Notes: generated from the sequence alone by a model not told the origin. A stretch of 64,000 bases of DNA from an uncultured Rhodoplanes sp. (GCA_964653225.1 CAZZCV010000006.1:35805-99804); one strand, 5' to 3'; numbered from the stretch's first letter, positions 51,255-60,881 are shown. Program-made: numbers and translations.

Positions 51255-52394
51255 TTAGCGCCCCGCCGTCCTGCGCCGCGGCGGGGGCAGCAGGCCTGCA
51301 TGCGCCGCCACCTTCCGCATGACGTTCGGCAGCGCCTCCGCGTGCAGGTCCGCAAGCGCAACCCAGCGCATGCCGTCCGGCACTCCGGCGCGGGCCGGAA
51401 CGGTCGCCGCATAGACGGTCTGCCGCAGCGGGAAGTGCGTGAAGCCATGCTCAACCACGCCGGGCAGCCGGACCCATTTCGCCTTCATCGGAGCCTGCCG
51501 GAGAGCCTGGGCCTCGTCGAGGTCGTGCGTCCAGGCCGTGCTCGGCAACTCCGTCATGCCGCCGAGCAGGCCCTTCGAAGGCCGGCTGCGGACCAGCACG
51601 AAGCCGTCCGCGCGCGTGAGCGCGAACGACGCGCCGTAACGCATCTTCCCTTCGATCTTCGGGGCCTTGCGCGGGAAGGTCTCGGCGTCGCCGCGGCGGC
51701 GCGCCGCGCAGGGCTCGAACCAGGGACACAGGGCGCACGCCGGCCTCCTCGGCGTGCAGATCGTCGCGCCAAGATCCATCATCGCCTGCGTGAAGTCGCC
51801 GGGGCGTTCGAGCGGCACCAGCGTTTCGGCGCGCCGCCTGATCTCGGCCTTGACGCCCGGCAGCGGCTCCTCCACCGCGAAAAGACGCGACACCACGCGC
51901 TCGATGTTTCCGTCGATCGCGACCGCGCGCCGGTCGAAGGCGATGGCCGCGATCGCGGCCGCGGTGTAGGCGCCGACGCCCGGCAGCGCGCGCAGGCTTT
52001 CCTCCGTGTCCGGAAAGCGGCCGCCGTGATGCTCCACCACGGCCCTGGCGCAGGCGTGCAGGTTGCGGGCGCGCGCGTAATAGCCGAGCCCGGCCCAGGC
52101 CCGCAGCACGTCGTCGAGCGCCGAGGCCGCCAGCGCCTGTACGTCAGGCCAGCGTTGGAGGAACCGGGCGTAGTAGGGACCCACCGCCTTCACGGTGGTC
52201 TGCTGCAGCATGATCTCCGACAGCCACACGTCATAGGCGTCGGCGCGCGCGCCGGGCGGCGCGCGCCACGGCAGGATGCGGGCGTGGCGGTCGTACCAGG
52301 CGAGCAGCGCGGCCGGATCGGGCGGCGTCCGCCCTTGTTTCCGCGGCTTCGCCGCCGCCGGCTTCTTTCGTCGCGCTGCGCCTGCTAGCGTCAT
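51255..52394 (-). CDS. mutY: A/G-specific adenine glycosylase
   Basis: WLSEIMLQQT, WAGLGYYARARNLH, LPGVGAYTA, DGNIERV, Fe-S motif CTPRRPACALCPWFEPC. Confidence 0.95.
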   Translation of the reverse strand: MTLAGAARRKKPAAAKPRKQGRTPPDPAALLAWYDRHARILPWRAPPGARADAYDVWLSEIMLQQTTVKAVGPYYARFLQRWPDVQALAASALDDVLRAWAGLGYYARARNLHACARAVVEHHGGRFPDTEESLRALPGVGAYTAAAIAAIAFDRRAVAIDGNIERVVSRLFAVEEPLPGVKAEIRRRAETLVPLERPGDFTQAMMDLGATICTPRRPACALCPWFEPCAARRRGDAETFPRKAPKIEGKMRYGASFALTRADGFVLVRSRPSKGLLGGMTELPSTAWTHDLDEAQALRQAPMKAKWVRLPGVVEHGFTHFPLRQTVYAATVPARAGVPDGMRWVALADLHAEALPNVMRKVAAHAGLLPPPRRRTAGR

Positions 52395-52421
52395 GGCTCC
52401 GATGTGACAGAGCCCCATGCC

Positions 52422-52892
52422 GTGAACAAGCCCCGCCCCGCCCGACCGCTGGCCGACCTGACGCAAAGCGTCATGGCGGACGCCTTCGCGAAGCAGGGCT
52501 TCGCCTCGCGCGAACTCGTCACCCGCTGGATCGAGATCGCGGGCGCGGAGATCGCGGCCCATGCCGAACCGGTCAAGATCCAGTGGCGGCGCGCGCCGGA
52601 CGGGGAGCCGGCCGAGCCCGCGACCCTGGTGCTGCGGGTGCAGGGGCCGGCGGCGATCGAGATCCAGCACCAGTCGGGCGTGATCCTTCAGCGGGTCAAC
52701 CGCTTCTTCGGCTGGCAGGCCGTGGGCCGCCTCGCCCTGCGCCAGGCCCCCCTGACCCGGCGCACGCCCAAGGCCCGGCGCAAGATCGACGCGGCCGCCG
52801 CGGACCGCGTCGCCGCATCGTTGACCGAGGTCGGCGACGAGGGTCTGCGCGCGGCGCTGGGCCGGCTCGGAGCGGCGGTCAAGCGAACGTGA
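52422..52892 (+). CDS. DciA/DUF721 family protein
   Basis: FAKQGFASRELVTRWIEIAG, IEIQH...ILQRVNRFFGWQAVGRL.L.Q; usual position between mutY and dsbA-smc; start could be GTG 52404. Confidence 0.85.
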   Translation: MNKPRPARPLADLTQSVMADAFAKQGFASRELVTRWIEIAGAEIAAHAEPVKIQWRRAPDGEPAEPATLVLRVQGPAAIEIQHQSGVILQRVNRFFGWQAVGRLALRQAPLTRRTPKARRKIDAAAADRVAASLTEVGDEGLRAALGRLGAAVKRT

Positions 52893-53022
52893 CCGCGGCC
52901 CGTTCCTTGCGCTTGGCAGGCGGGCGTGCCAATGCCACATTCCAGCGCGACAGGACGAGGCCGGCACGGACTCGGTTCCGGAAAGACTGCAACGCAACGC
53001 GGCCCTTGCACGGAGTTTTCAG

Positions 53023-53670
53023 GTGATCACACGCAGGCAGTTCATCGCGGGCACCAGCATGCTGGCCGTCGCGGCCGCGCTCGCCCCGCTCGCGGACGCA
53101 GGGCCTGCGCTGGCGCAGCAGAGCGTGTCGGTGGTCGAGCTGATGGCTCCGGGGCCGCTGGAGGAGCACGTTCTCGGCAACGCCGACGCGCCCGTCACCA
53201 TCGTCGAATACGCCTCGATGACGTGCAGCCATTGCGCCACCTTCCACAACCGCACCTATCCGGAGCTGAAGAAGCGCTACATCGAGACCGGCAAGGTGAA
53301 ATACATCCTGCGCGAATTCCCCATCGACCCGCTGGCAGCCGGCGCCTTCATGCTGGCGCGCTGCGCAGGGAAGGACCGCTACTATCCGCTGATCGAAACC
53401 CTGTTCAACCAGCAGACCCAGTGGGTGGTGCAGAAGCCGATCGAGCCGCTGATGCAGATCGCGCGCCAGGCCGGCTTCACGCAGCAGACCTTCGACGCCT
53501 GCCTGAAGGACCAGAAGATGCTGGAGGGCATCGAGGCCGTGCGCAACCGCGGCTCCGAGAAGTTCGGCGTCAACTCCACGCCGACCTTCTTCATCAACGG
53601 CAAGAAGTTCACCGGCGTCATGTCGATCGAGGACATGGCCAAGGAGATCGACCCGCTGCTCAAGGGCTGA
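53023..53670 (+). CDS. DsbA family thiol-disulfide oxidoreductase
   Basis: TRRQF twin-arginine-like signal; EYASMTCSHCA, REFP, STPTFFING. Confidence 0.92.
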   Translation: MITRRQFIAGTSMLAVAAALAPLADAGPALAQQSVSVVELMAPGPLEEHVLGNADAPVTIVEYASMTCSHCATFHNRTYPELKKRYIETGKVKYILREFPIDPLAAGAFMLARCAGKDRYYPLIETLFNQQTQWVVQKPIEPLMQIARQAGFTQQTFDACLKDQKMLEGIEAVRNRGSEKFGVNSTPTFFINGKKFTGVMSIEDMAKEIDPLLKG

Positions 53671-54063
53671 TCCGCCGTCCCGGAACAGGTCCCCCGACGA
53701 AGCCTCTCCAGAAGAAGGCTTCCCAAAAAGAAGTCCGCAAAAATCGCGCGCCGGGCGACCGAATCGCCCGACCGATTCGTTTGCAAACCATGCGAGCCCC
53801 CCGGTTCGCAAGGGCCGGTGCCGTTTCCGCGGCACAAAGCTGTGGGCGATTCACCTCCACTAGCCCGTTGATCCACCGGGATTTTTGTGGGGTGGCCGGA
53901 GAATCAAACAACGCGGGATAACCCCCGCCCTACGGTTGCCGCGAAGCCCGCGCCAAGGTCATTCTCCGCCGCACGCGGTTGCCCGGTCGGCAGCCCTTCC
54001 GCCCGCGAACAGCCGGAGCCTGGCCCGGCGGTTCCCGTGCGGCAACAGTGGACCAGACCCCGA

Positions 54064-57000
54064 ATGAAGCTCACGCGCCTCCGTTTGCTCGGCTTTAAGT
54101 CCTTCGTCGAGCCGACCGACTTCCTGATCGAGCCGGGCCTGACCGGCGTGGTCGGGCCGAACGGTTGCGGCAAGTCCAACCTCGTCGAGGCGCTGCGCTG
54201 GGTCATGGGCGAGACCTCGCACAAGTCCATGCGCGCGGCCGAGATGGACGACGTGATCTTTTCCGGCACCAACAACCGGCCCGCGCGCAACACCGCCGAA
54301 GTGGCGATGCAGATCGACAACAGCGCCAAGAACGCGCCGGCCCAGTTCAACGAATACGACGTCCTCGACGTATCGCGCCGGATCGAGCGCGAGAAGGGCT
54401 CGGCCTACCGGATCAACGGCCGCGACGTGCGCGCCCGCGACGTGCAGGTGCTGTTCGCCGACGCCTCCACCGGCTCGCGCTCGCCCGCGCTCGTGCATCA
54501 GGGCCGCATCGGCGAGATCATCCAGGCCAAGCCCGAGCAGCGCCGCCGCGTGCTCGAGGAGGCCGCCGGCATCTCCGGCCTGCACGCCCGCCGCCACGAG
54601 GCCGAGCTGCGCCTGCGCGCGGCCGAGACCAACCTCCAGCGCGTCGAGGACGTGGTCAAGCAGCTCGCAGGCCAGATCGACGGCCTCAAGCGCCAGGCCC
54701 GGCAGGCGGTGCGCTACAAGTCCGTGGCCGCCGACATCCGCAAGGCCGAGGCCACGCTGTTCCACCTGCGCTGGATCAACGCCCAGGCCGAGGTCGCGGA
54801 TTCCGGGCGCGGCCAGGAGCTGTCCGTCCGCGCGGTCGCCGAGGCCACGATCCACCAGACCGAGGCCGGCCGGATCCGCGAGGAGGCTTCGGCCGCCGTG
54901 CCGCCGTTCCGCGAGGCGGAGGCGCGCGCGGGCGCAGCCCTGCAGCGCCTGGTGATCGCCCGCGACGCGCTCGAGGCCGAGGAGACCCGCGCCAAGGAGC
55001 GCATCGCCGAGCTGGAGCGCCGGCTCGCACAACTCGAACTGGACGTGACGCGCGAGCGCACGCTCGCCGCCGACGCGGAGGCGGCCCTCGCCCGCCTCGC
55101 CGAGGAAGAAGAGACGCTGACCTACGAGGTCGAGAGCAACGCCGAGCGGCGCGCCGACGTGGACCGCAACGTCGCCGAGGCCGACGCCGTGGTGGCCGAG
55201 GCCGAGAAGACGTTCTCGGAGCTGACCGGCACGCTCGCCGACCTCGCCGCCAGCCGCAACCAGCTCACCGCCGCCGCGCGCGAACAGTCCGAGCGCGTGG
55301 CGCGGATCGAGGCGGAGCTTGCCAACATCGAAGCCGGCCTCACCGCCGCCGCCTCCAGCCAGCCCGACCTGGAAGGTCTCGCCGCCACGATGGAGAACGC
55401 CCAGGCCGCGGCCGACGAGGCCGACGAGGCCGCCACCGCCTCCGAAGCCGCGCATGTCGCCGCCCGCGGCGCGCTGGAAAGCGCGCGCGGCCCGCTCGCG
55501 GAGGCCGAGCGCGCGGCGCAGCGGCTGGAGACCGAAGCCAAGACGCTGACCAAGCTGCTCGCGGTCGACACCAAGAACATGTGGCCGCCGGTGATGGACA
55601 ACATCTCGGTCGAGAAGGGCTACGAGATCGCGCTGGGCTCCGCGCTCGGCGACGACCTCGACGCGCCGATCGACGCGAGCGCGGCGCTGCGCTGGACCGG
55701 GGCCGCGGTCGATCCGTCGGATCCCGCGCTGCCGGAGGGCGTGGCTGCGCTGTCGACGTTCGTGCAGGCGCCGCCGGAGCTTTCGCGCCGCCTCGCCCAG
55801 ATCGGCGTGGTGCAGAAGGCCGACGGCGCGCGGCTCGCGGGCCTGCTGAAGGCCGGCCAGCGGCTGGTGTCGCGCGAGGGCGACCTGTGGCGCTGGGACG
55901 GCTTCGCCGCCGACGCCCATGCGCCCACCGGCGCGGCCCGGCGTCTGGCCGAGCGCGCGCGCCTGACCGACATCGAGAACGAGCTGGTGACGGCCCGCGC
56001 CGAGGTCGAGACCCGCCGCAGGGCGGTCGAGACCGCACAGGCCGGGGTCGCCGCGGCCGCTGCCGCCGAGACCGCGGCCCGCGACGCGCGCCGCAACGCC
56101 CAGCGCGAGGCCGAGACCGCGCGCGGTCTGCACGGCGCGGCCGAGCGCGACGTGGCGCGCAACGCCGCCCGCATCTCCGCGCTGACCGAGGCCCGGACCC
56201 GCCTGACCTCGCAGGGCGACGAGGCCCGCGCCGCGCGGGACGAGGCCGAGAACGGTCTTGCCGCGCTGCCGCCTTCCGAGGAACTGGAAGAGAAGCTCGC
56301 CGCCGTGCGCGCCGATATCGAGGGCAAGCGCGGCCGGCTCGCCGAGGTGCGCGCCGAGGCCCAGGCGCTGGCGCGCGAGGCCGACGGCGCGACCCGCAGG
56401 CTGCAGGCGGTCGCCGGCGAGAAGCGTCAGTGGAGCGAGCGTCGCGACGGCGCGCAGGCGCAGATCGCGACCCTCGAGGTGCGCAGCCGCGAGGCCTCGG
56501 AGGAGCGCGTCACCCTCGCCGACACCCCGCAGGTGTTCGCCGACAAGCGCCAGGCCATGATCGGCGAGATCGAGACCGCCGAGGCCGCGCGCCGCGAGGC
56601 CTCCGACCGGCTGGCGGAGGCGGAGCACGTCCTCACCGAATGCGACCGCACGCTGCGGGCCTCGATCGAGGCACTGGGTTCCGCCCGCGAGGAGGCCGCC
56701 CGCGCCGAGGAGCGCGCCGAGGGCGCCCGCCGGAGGCTCGCGGACGTCTCCCACGAGATCAGGGAGATGATGGAGGTCGAGCCCGAGGCCGTGGCCGCGA
56801 TGGCCGGCATCGAGGCGGAGGCGGTGCTGCCGGACGTCACCACCGTCGAGGCGGACCTCGAGAAGCTGCGTCGCGACCGCGAGCGGCTCGGCGCGGTCAA
56901 CCTGCGCGCCGAGGAGGAGCTGGGCGAGGTCGAGACCCAGCACACCACGCTCACCGCCGAGCGCGACGACCTGATCGAGGCGATCAAGCGGCTGCGCCAG

Positions 57001-57513
57001 GGCATCCAGAATCTCAACAAGGAGGCGCGCGAGCGCCTGCTCTCGTCCTTCGCCACGGTCAACGCCCACTTCCAGCGGCTGTTCACCGAGCTGTTCGGCG
57101 GCGGCAGCGCGGAGCTGCAACTGATCGAAAGCGACGATCCGCTGGACGCGGGCCTGGAGATTCTCGCCAAGCCGCCCGGCAAGAAGCCAGCGACGCTGTC
57201 GCTGCTCTCCGGCGGCGAGCAGGCGCTGACCGCGATGGCGCTGATCTTCGCGGTGTTCCTCACCAATCCCGCGCCGATCTGCGTGCTGGACGAAGTGGAC
57301 GCGCCGCTGGACGATCACAACGTGGAGCGGTTCTGCGACCTGCTCGACGAGATGACGCGCTCCACCGACACGCGCTTCGTCATCATCACCCACAACCCGA
57401 TCACGATGGCGCGCATGAACCGGCTGTTCGGCGTCACCATGGCCGAGCGCGGCGTCTCGCAGCTCGTCTCGGTCGATCTGGAAGCGGCGGTGAAGATCAG
57501 GGACGCGGGCTGA
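54064..57513 (+). CDS. smc: Chromosome segregation protein SMC
   Basis: GFKSF, GPNGCGKSN Walker A, long coiled coils with hinge, LSGGEQ signature, LDEVDAPLD Walker B. Confidence 0.97.
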   Translation: MKLTRLRLLGFKSFVEPTDFLIEPGLTGVVGPNGCGKSNLVEALRWVMGETSHKSMRAAEMDDVIFSGTNNRPARNTAEVAMQIDNSAKNAPAQFNEYDVLDVSRRIEREKGSAYRINGRDVRARDVQVLFADASTGSRSPALVHQGRIGEIIQAKPEQRRRVLEEAAGISGLHARRHEAELRLRAAETNLQRVEDVVKQLAGQIDGLKRQARQAVRYKSVAADIRKAEATLFHLRWINAQAEVADSGRGQELSVRAVAEATIHQTEAGRIREEASAAVPPFREAEARAGAALQRLVIARDALEAEETRAKERIAELERRLAQLELDVTRERTLAADAEAALARLAEEEETLTYEVESNAERRADVDRNVAEADAVVAEAEKTFSELTGTLADLAASRNQLTAAAREQSERVARIEAELANIEAGLTAAASSQPDLEGLAATMENAQAAADEADEAATASEAAHVAARGALESARGPLAEAERAAQRLETEAKTLTKLLAVDTKNMWPPVMDNISVEKGYEIALGSALGDDLDAPIDASAALRWTGAAVDPSDPALPEGVAALSTFVQAPPELSRRLAQIGVVQKADGARLAGLLKAGQRLVSREGDLWRWDGFAADAHAPTGAARRLAERARLTDIENELVTARAEVETRRRAVETAQAGVAAAAAAETAARDARRNAQREAETARGLHGAAERDVARNAARISALTEARTRLTSQGDEARAARDEAENGLAALPPSEELEEKLAAVRADIEGKRGRLAEVRAEAQALAREADGATRRLQAVAGEKRQWSERRDGAQAQIATLEVRSREASEERVTLADTPQVFADKRQAMIGEIETAEAARREASDRLAEAEHVLTECDRTLRASIEALGSAREEAARAEERAEGARRRLADVSHEIREMMEVEPEAVAAMAGIEAEAVLPDVTTVEADLEKLRRDRERLGAVNLRAEEELGEVETQHTTLTAERDDLIEAIKRLRQGIQNLNKEARERLLSSFATVNAHFQRLFTELFGGGSAELQLIESDDPLDAGLEILAKPPGKKPATLSLLSGGEQALTAMALIFAVFLTNPAPICVLDEVDAPLDDHNVERFCDLLDEMTRSTDTRFVIITHNPITMARMNRLFGVTMAERGVSQLVSVDLEAAVKIRDAG

Positions 57514-57551
57514 CGCTCGCGCCCGGCCCGGCACGCCGGGCCCTCATCGTC

Positions 57552-57583
57552 AGCCCGGCTGCGGTTTCGCAGCCGGGCTTTTT
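57552..57583 (+). terminator. Intrinsic terminator after smc
   Basis: AGCCCGGCTGCG-GTTT-CGCAGCCGGGCT-TTTT. Confidence 0.85.
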
Positions 57584-57611
57584 CGTGCCGATGCGCAGAT
57601 GCGATCGGGCG

Positions 57612-57815
57612 CTATTCCGCCGCCTGAGCCTGAGCCGAGTCCCCGGCCGGTTCCAGAAAGGCGTCGGTGACGCTCCAGACGTGCTCCTTGCCGCAAGCCG
57701 GGCAGGAAAGCCAGCTTTCGACCTGCGGAAACCGCCTGAACTCTTCCGGCTCGGTCTCGATGCCGGTCGCAACGGCACGCCCAGTTTCCGGGCAACGGAT
57801 CGTCACCGTGGCCAT
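57612..57815 (-). CDS. Small putative zinc-ribbon protein
   Basis: MATVTIRCPETG..VATGI...CPACGKEHVW; start ATG 57815. Confidence 0.7.
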   Translation of the reverse strand: MATVTIRCPETGRAVATGIETEPEEFRRFPQVESWLSCPACGKEHVWSVTDAFLEPAGDSAQAQAAE

Positions 57816-57919
57816 CGACGCCCCCCGATACGGTCTTCCCGGACCAACGGCTTCGAGGCTAGGCGGCATTGATGACGCACCTGTGGCCGGCATCGGGCGC
57901 TCCGGAGGCGACGAACTCC

Positions 57920-57934
57920 TGTGGATAATCCACA
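57920..57934. promoter_or_regulatory. Palindromic overlapping DnaA-box pair
   Basis: TGTGGATAATCCACA: perfect TTATCCACA on minus strand (57920-57928) plus 8/9 match on plus strand (57926-57934). Confidence 0.5.
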
Positions 57935-57951
57935 TTGGGCCCGGAACGTCC

Positions 57952-57976
57952 GGAACCGGGGCGGCGGACAGGCGTT
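57952..57976 (+). promoter_or_regulatory. EcfG (sigmaT/RpoE2) general-stress promoter
   Basis: GGAAC-N16-CGTT, exact consensus. Confidence 0.7.
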
Positions 57977-57983
57977 ATCGCCC

Positions 57984-58062
57984 CGTAACCGTCGGGCGGC
58001 TCCCCCTACCCCCCGAACAGCCGCCGGACGAACAACCCCAGGCTTCGGCCTGGGGTTTTTTT
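57984..58062 (+). ncRNA. Putative ~80-nt small RNA with C-rich loop
   Basis: Lies between EcfG promoter and strong terminator; hairpin 57990-58030 with loop CCCCCTACCCCCCGAAC; no ORF. Confidence 0.6.
58034..58062 (+). terminator. Strong intrinsic terminator with UUCG tetraloop
   Basis: AACCCCAGGC-TTCG-GCCTGGGGTT-TTTTT. Confidence 0.88.
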
Positions 58063-58187
58063 CGTTTGGACGTCGGCCCGGCTGAACCGGAACCCTGTGG
58101 TCATCGACCAACGGGAACCGTCCCGGATCGCGCGAGCGCCTCCGATGCGGTACGATGCCCGTTCCCGCCGCTGAGGAGCCCGAAACG

Positions 58188-58754
58188 ATGTCAACCACCG
58201 CCTGGATCGTCCTTGGAGTGATCGTCGTCCTGATCCTGTGGGTCATGATGATCTACAACGGGCTCGTGGCCATGCGGCAGCGGGTCAACCAGGCCTTCGC
58301 CGACGTGGACGTGCAACTCAAGCAGCGTCACGACCTGATCCCGAACCTGGTCGAGACCGTGAAGGGCTACGCCACCCACGAGCGCAGCACGCTCGAGGAG
58401 GTGGTGAAGCTGCGCAACGCCGCGATGGCGGCGCAGGGCCCGGCGCAGCAGGCGCAGGTCGAGAACATGCTGACCGGGGCGCTGGGCAAGCTGTTCGCGC
58501 TGGCCGAGGCCTATCCGGACCTCAAGGCCAACACCAATTTCCAGCAGCTCCAGACCGAGCTGGGCGACATCGAGAACAAGCTCGCCGCCGCGCGCCGGTT
58601 CTTCAACAACGCGGTGCAGGAATACAACACCGGCATCCAGCAGCTCCCGGCCGCCCTGTTCGCGGCCGCGCTGGGCTTCCACGAGCGTCAGTTCTTCGAC
58701 GTCGGAACCGACCGGACGGCGATGGAAAAGGCGCCGCCGCAGGTCAAGTTCTGA
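58188..58754 (+). CDS. lemA: LemA family protein
   Basis: TM, YNGLV, DVQLKQRHDLIPNLVETVKGYATHE, EAYPDLKANTNF, ARRFFN. Confidence 0.95.
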   Translation: MSTTAWIVLGVIVVLILWVMMIYNGLVAMRQRVNQAFADVDVQLKQRHDLIPNLVETVKGYATHERSTLEEVVKLRNAAMAAQGPAQQAQVENMLTGALGKLFALAEAYPDLKANTNFQQLQTELGDIENKLAAARRFFNNAVQEYNTGIQQLPAALFAAALGFHERQFFDVGTDRTAMEKAPPQVKF

Positions 58755-58844
58755 TCGCAGCCGACGCCCGCGCCCCGGCCCGGACGCAAGCCGGCCGGGC
58801 CGGGCCTCCCCGACCCGCGACGCGGGCAGACAGCGGATGGAATC

Positions 58845-59984
58845 ATGGCCGCGGCCTACGGCCTCTACACCCACATCCAGTCGAACAAGCGCCGCTCGGT
58901 CCTGCTGCTGGCCGGCCTGTTCTTCCTGGTCTACCTGATGGTGTTCGCCGGCGCGCTGATGGGCGAGGCGCTCGCCGGCGACGCGCTGTCCGACGGCATG
59001 CCGCTCGAATGGCTGCTGCAGGCGGCGTGGCATGACTTCCTCGCCGCGCTCCCCTTCGCGACCATCGGCACCGCGATCTGGATCGCGATCGCCTACAAAT
59101 TCCACCAGCGGCTGATCGACGCCGTCACCGGCGGCCACGCGGTCAGCCGCGCCGAGGAGCCCCGGCTCTACAACCTTCTCGAAAACCTCTGCATCTCCCG
59201 CGGCATTCCCATGCCGAAGCTCAAGATCGTCGAGGACGACGCGCTCAACGCCTTCGCCACCGGGCTGAACGAGAAGCAGTATTCGATCAGCGTCACGTCG
59301 GGCCTGCTGGCGCGGCTCGACGATTCCGAGGTCGAGGCGGTGCTGGCGCACGAACTGACCCACATCCGCAACGGCGACGTGCGCATGCTGGTGATCGCCG
59401 TGGTGATCGCGGGCGTGATCGGCTTCTTCGCCGAGCTGTTCTTCCGCGTCCTGTTCCGCGGCGGCCTGCGCATCCGCGGCGGAGAGGGCGGCAACCGCAG
59501 CCGGGGCGGCAGCGGCGGCGGCGCGTTCATCGCCATCGCGATCGCGGTGGTGCTGATCGCGCTGGCCTGGAGCCTGTCGCTCGTGATCCGCTTCGCGCTG
59601 TCGCGCCGGCGCGAGTTCCTGGCCGACGCGGGCGCGGTGGAGCTGACCAAGAATCCCGACGCCATGATCGGGGCGCTGCGCAAGATCGAGAACCGCGGCG
59701 AGCTGGCGCGCGCCAACGCCTCGGTGATGGAAATGTGCGTGGACAATCCGCGCTCCGGCTTCGCCGACCTGTTCGCCACCCATCCCTCGATCGACCGCCG
59801 CGTGGCCGCGCTGGTGACGTTCGCCGGAGGCCGCGATCCGGGCCCGATCGAACTGCCGCCGCTGGAGGACGAGGCCGCGCTGCCCGACGGCAGCGGCGAC
59901 GCGGCGCAGCCCGCGGGCGAGCCCGGAGCGCCTTCGCCGCAGCCAGCCGGGCCCTGGGGTTCCCCTCCGCCGGATCCACGCTGA
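58845..59984 (+). CDS. htpX: M48 family membrane zinc protease (HtpX-like)
   Basis: NAFATG, VLAHELTHIRNGD (HExxH), SRRREFLADAGA, FATHP; follows lemA. Confidence 0.88.
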   Translation: MAAAYGLYTHIQSNKRRSVLLLAGLFFLVYLMVFAGALMGEALAGDALSDGMPLEWLLQAAWHDFLAALPFATIGTAIWIAIAYKFHQRLIDAVTGGHAVSRAEEPRLYNLLENLCISRGIPMPKLKIVEDDALNAFATGLNEKQYSISVTSGLLARLDDSEVEAVLAHELTHIRNGDVRMLVIAVVIAGVIGFFAELFFRVLFRGGLRIRGGEGGNRSRGGSGGGAFIAIAIAVVLIALAWSLSLVIRFALSRRREFLADAGAVELTKNPDAMIGALRKIENRGELARANASVMEMCVDNPRSGFADLFATHPSIDRRVAALVTFAGGRDPGPIELPPLEDEAALPDGSGDAAQPAGEPGAPSPQPAGPWGSPPPDPR

Positions 59985-60119
59985 CCCCGGAAGTCCCGCG
60001 CCGCCGCGAGATATCCCCACCCGCCCCGCGGCAGGAATATGAATCGCCGGCCGCTTCTGCCATGTTCGGGACGCATGCGTGGGGCGGTATCGGACGATTC
60101 CGGCACCGAAGGACGTTTC

Positions 60120-60881
60120 ATGGCCAAACCGTCGGTAATCTTGGTGGGGGCAGACAAGGGCGGCGTCGGCAAGACGACGGTTTCCCGGACCCTGCTCGAC
60201 TACTTCCTCGCCCACAACCTGCCGGTCCGCGCCTTCGACACGGAATCCCCCCGCGGCACGCTGAAGCGCTTCCACCCGGACGTGACCGACGTGGTCGACA
60301 TCACCTCGACCGCCGACCAGATGAAGATCTTCGACACGCTGGCGGCTGTCGAATCCCAGATCACGGTCATCGACATCCGCGCCGGCCTGCTCTCGACCAC
60401 GCTGCGCTCGCTGCGCGACATCGGCTTCCTGGACGCGGCGAAGAAGAGCCAGCTCAACTTCGTGGTGTTCCACATCCTGGGCCCCTCGGTGTCCTCGCTC
60501 GACGAGATCGCCGAGACCTCGACCTTCATGGGCGACGCCAGCTATTTCCTGGTGAAGAACTTCATCAACAACACCACCTTCTTCGAGTGGGATCCCAAGA
60601 CCTACGATTCCTACTTCCGGCGGCTCAAGGGCGCGCAGGAGATCACGATTCCCAAGCTCAACGAGATGGCGAGCGAGCAGGTGGAGCTGGCCGGCGTGCC
60701 GTTCGTGTCCTTCGTCGCCAACAAGGCCGCGGACGGACGGGCCGCCGCCTATTCCTTCGTGCTGCGCGGCTACGTCCGCCACTGGCTCGGCAACGTCTGG
60801 GCCGAGTACGACCGCGTGCGGCTGCTCGACACCGTGGGACCGGGACCGCAGGCGAAGCCACGCGACCCCGCTCCGGAATGA
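60120..60881 (+). CDS. ParA/MinD-like (SIMIBI) P-loop ATPase, function unknown
   Basis: Deviant Walker A GADKGGVGKTT, RAFDTE, Walker B-like VIDIRAG. Confidence 0.8.
   Translation: MAKPSVILVGADKGGVGKTTVSRTLLDYFLAHNLPVRAFDTESPRGTLKRFHPDVTDVVDITSTADQMKIFDTLAAVESQITVIDIRAGLLSTTLRSLRDIGFLDAAKKSQLNFVVFHILGPSVSSLDEIAETSTFMGDASYFLVKNFINNTTFFEWDPKTYDSYFRRLKGAQEITIPKLNEMASEQVELAGVPFVSFVANKAADGRAAAYSFVLRGYVRHWLGNVWAEYDRVRLLDTVGPGPQAKPRDPAPE

Noticed and set aside
53959-57872. Two further >1100-aa ORFs overlapping smc (53959..57534 minus; 54165..57872 plus)
   Set aside because: Antisense and off-frame shadows of smc with no recognisable motifs; stop codons are scarce in GC-rich DNA.
57900-58100. Possible replication origin because of DnaA boxes
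   Set aside because: Only one overlapping box pair, no AT-rich unwinding element, and no origin-linked genes (hemE, dnaA, parAB).
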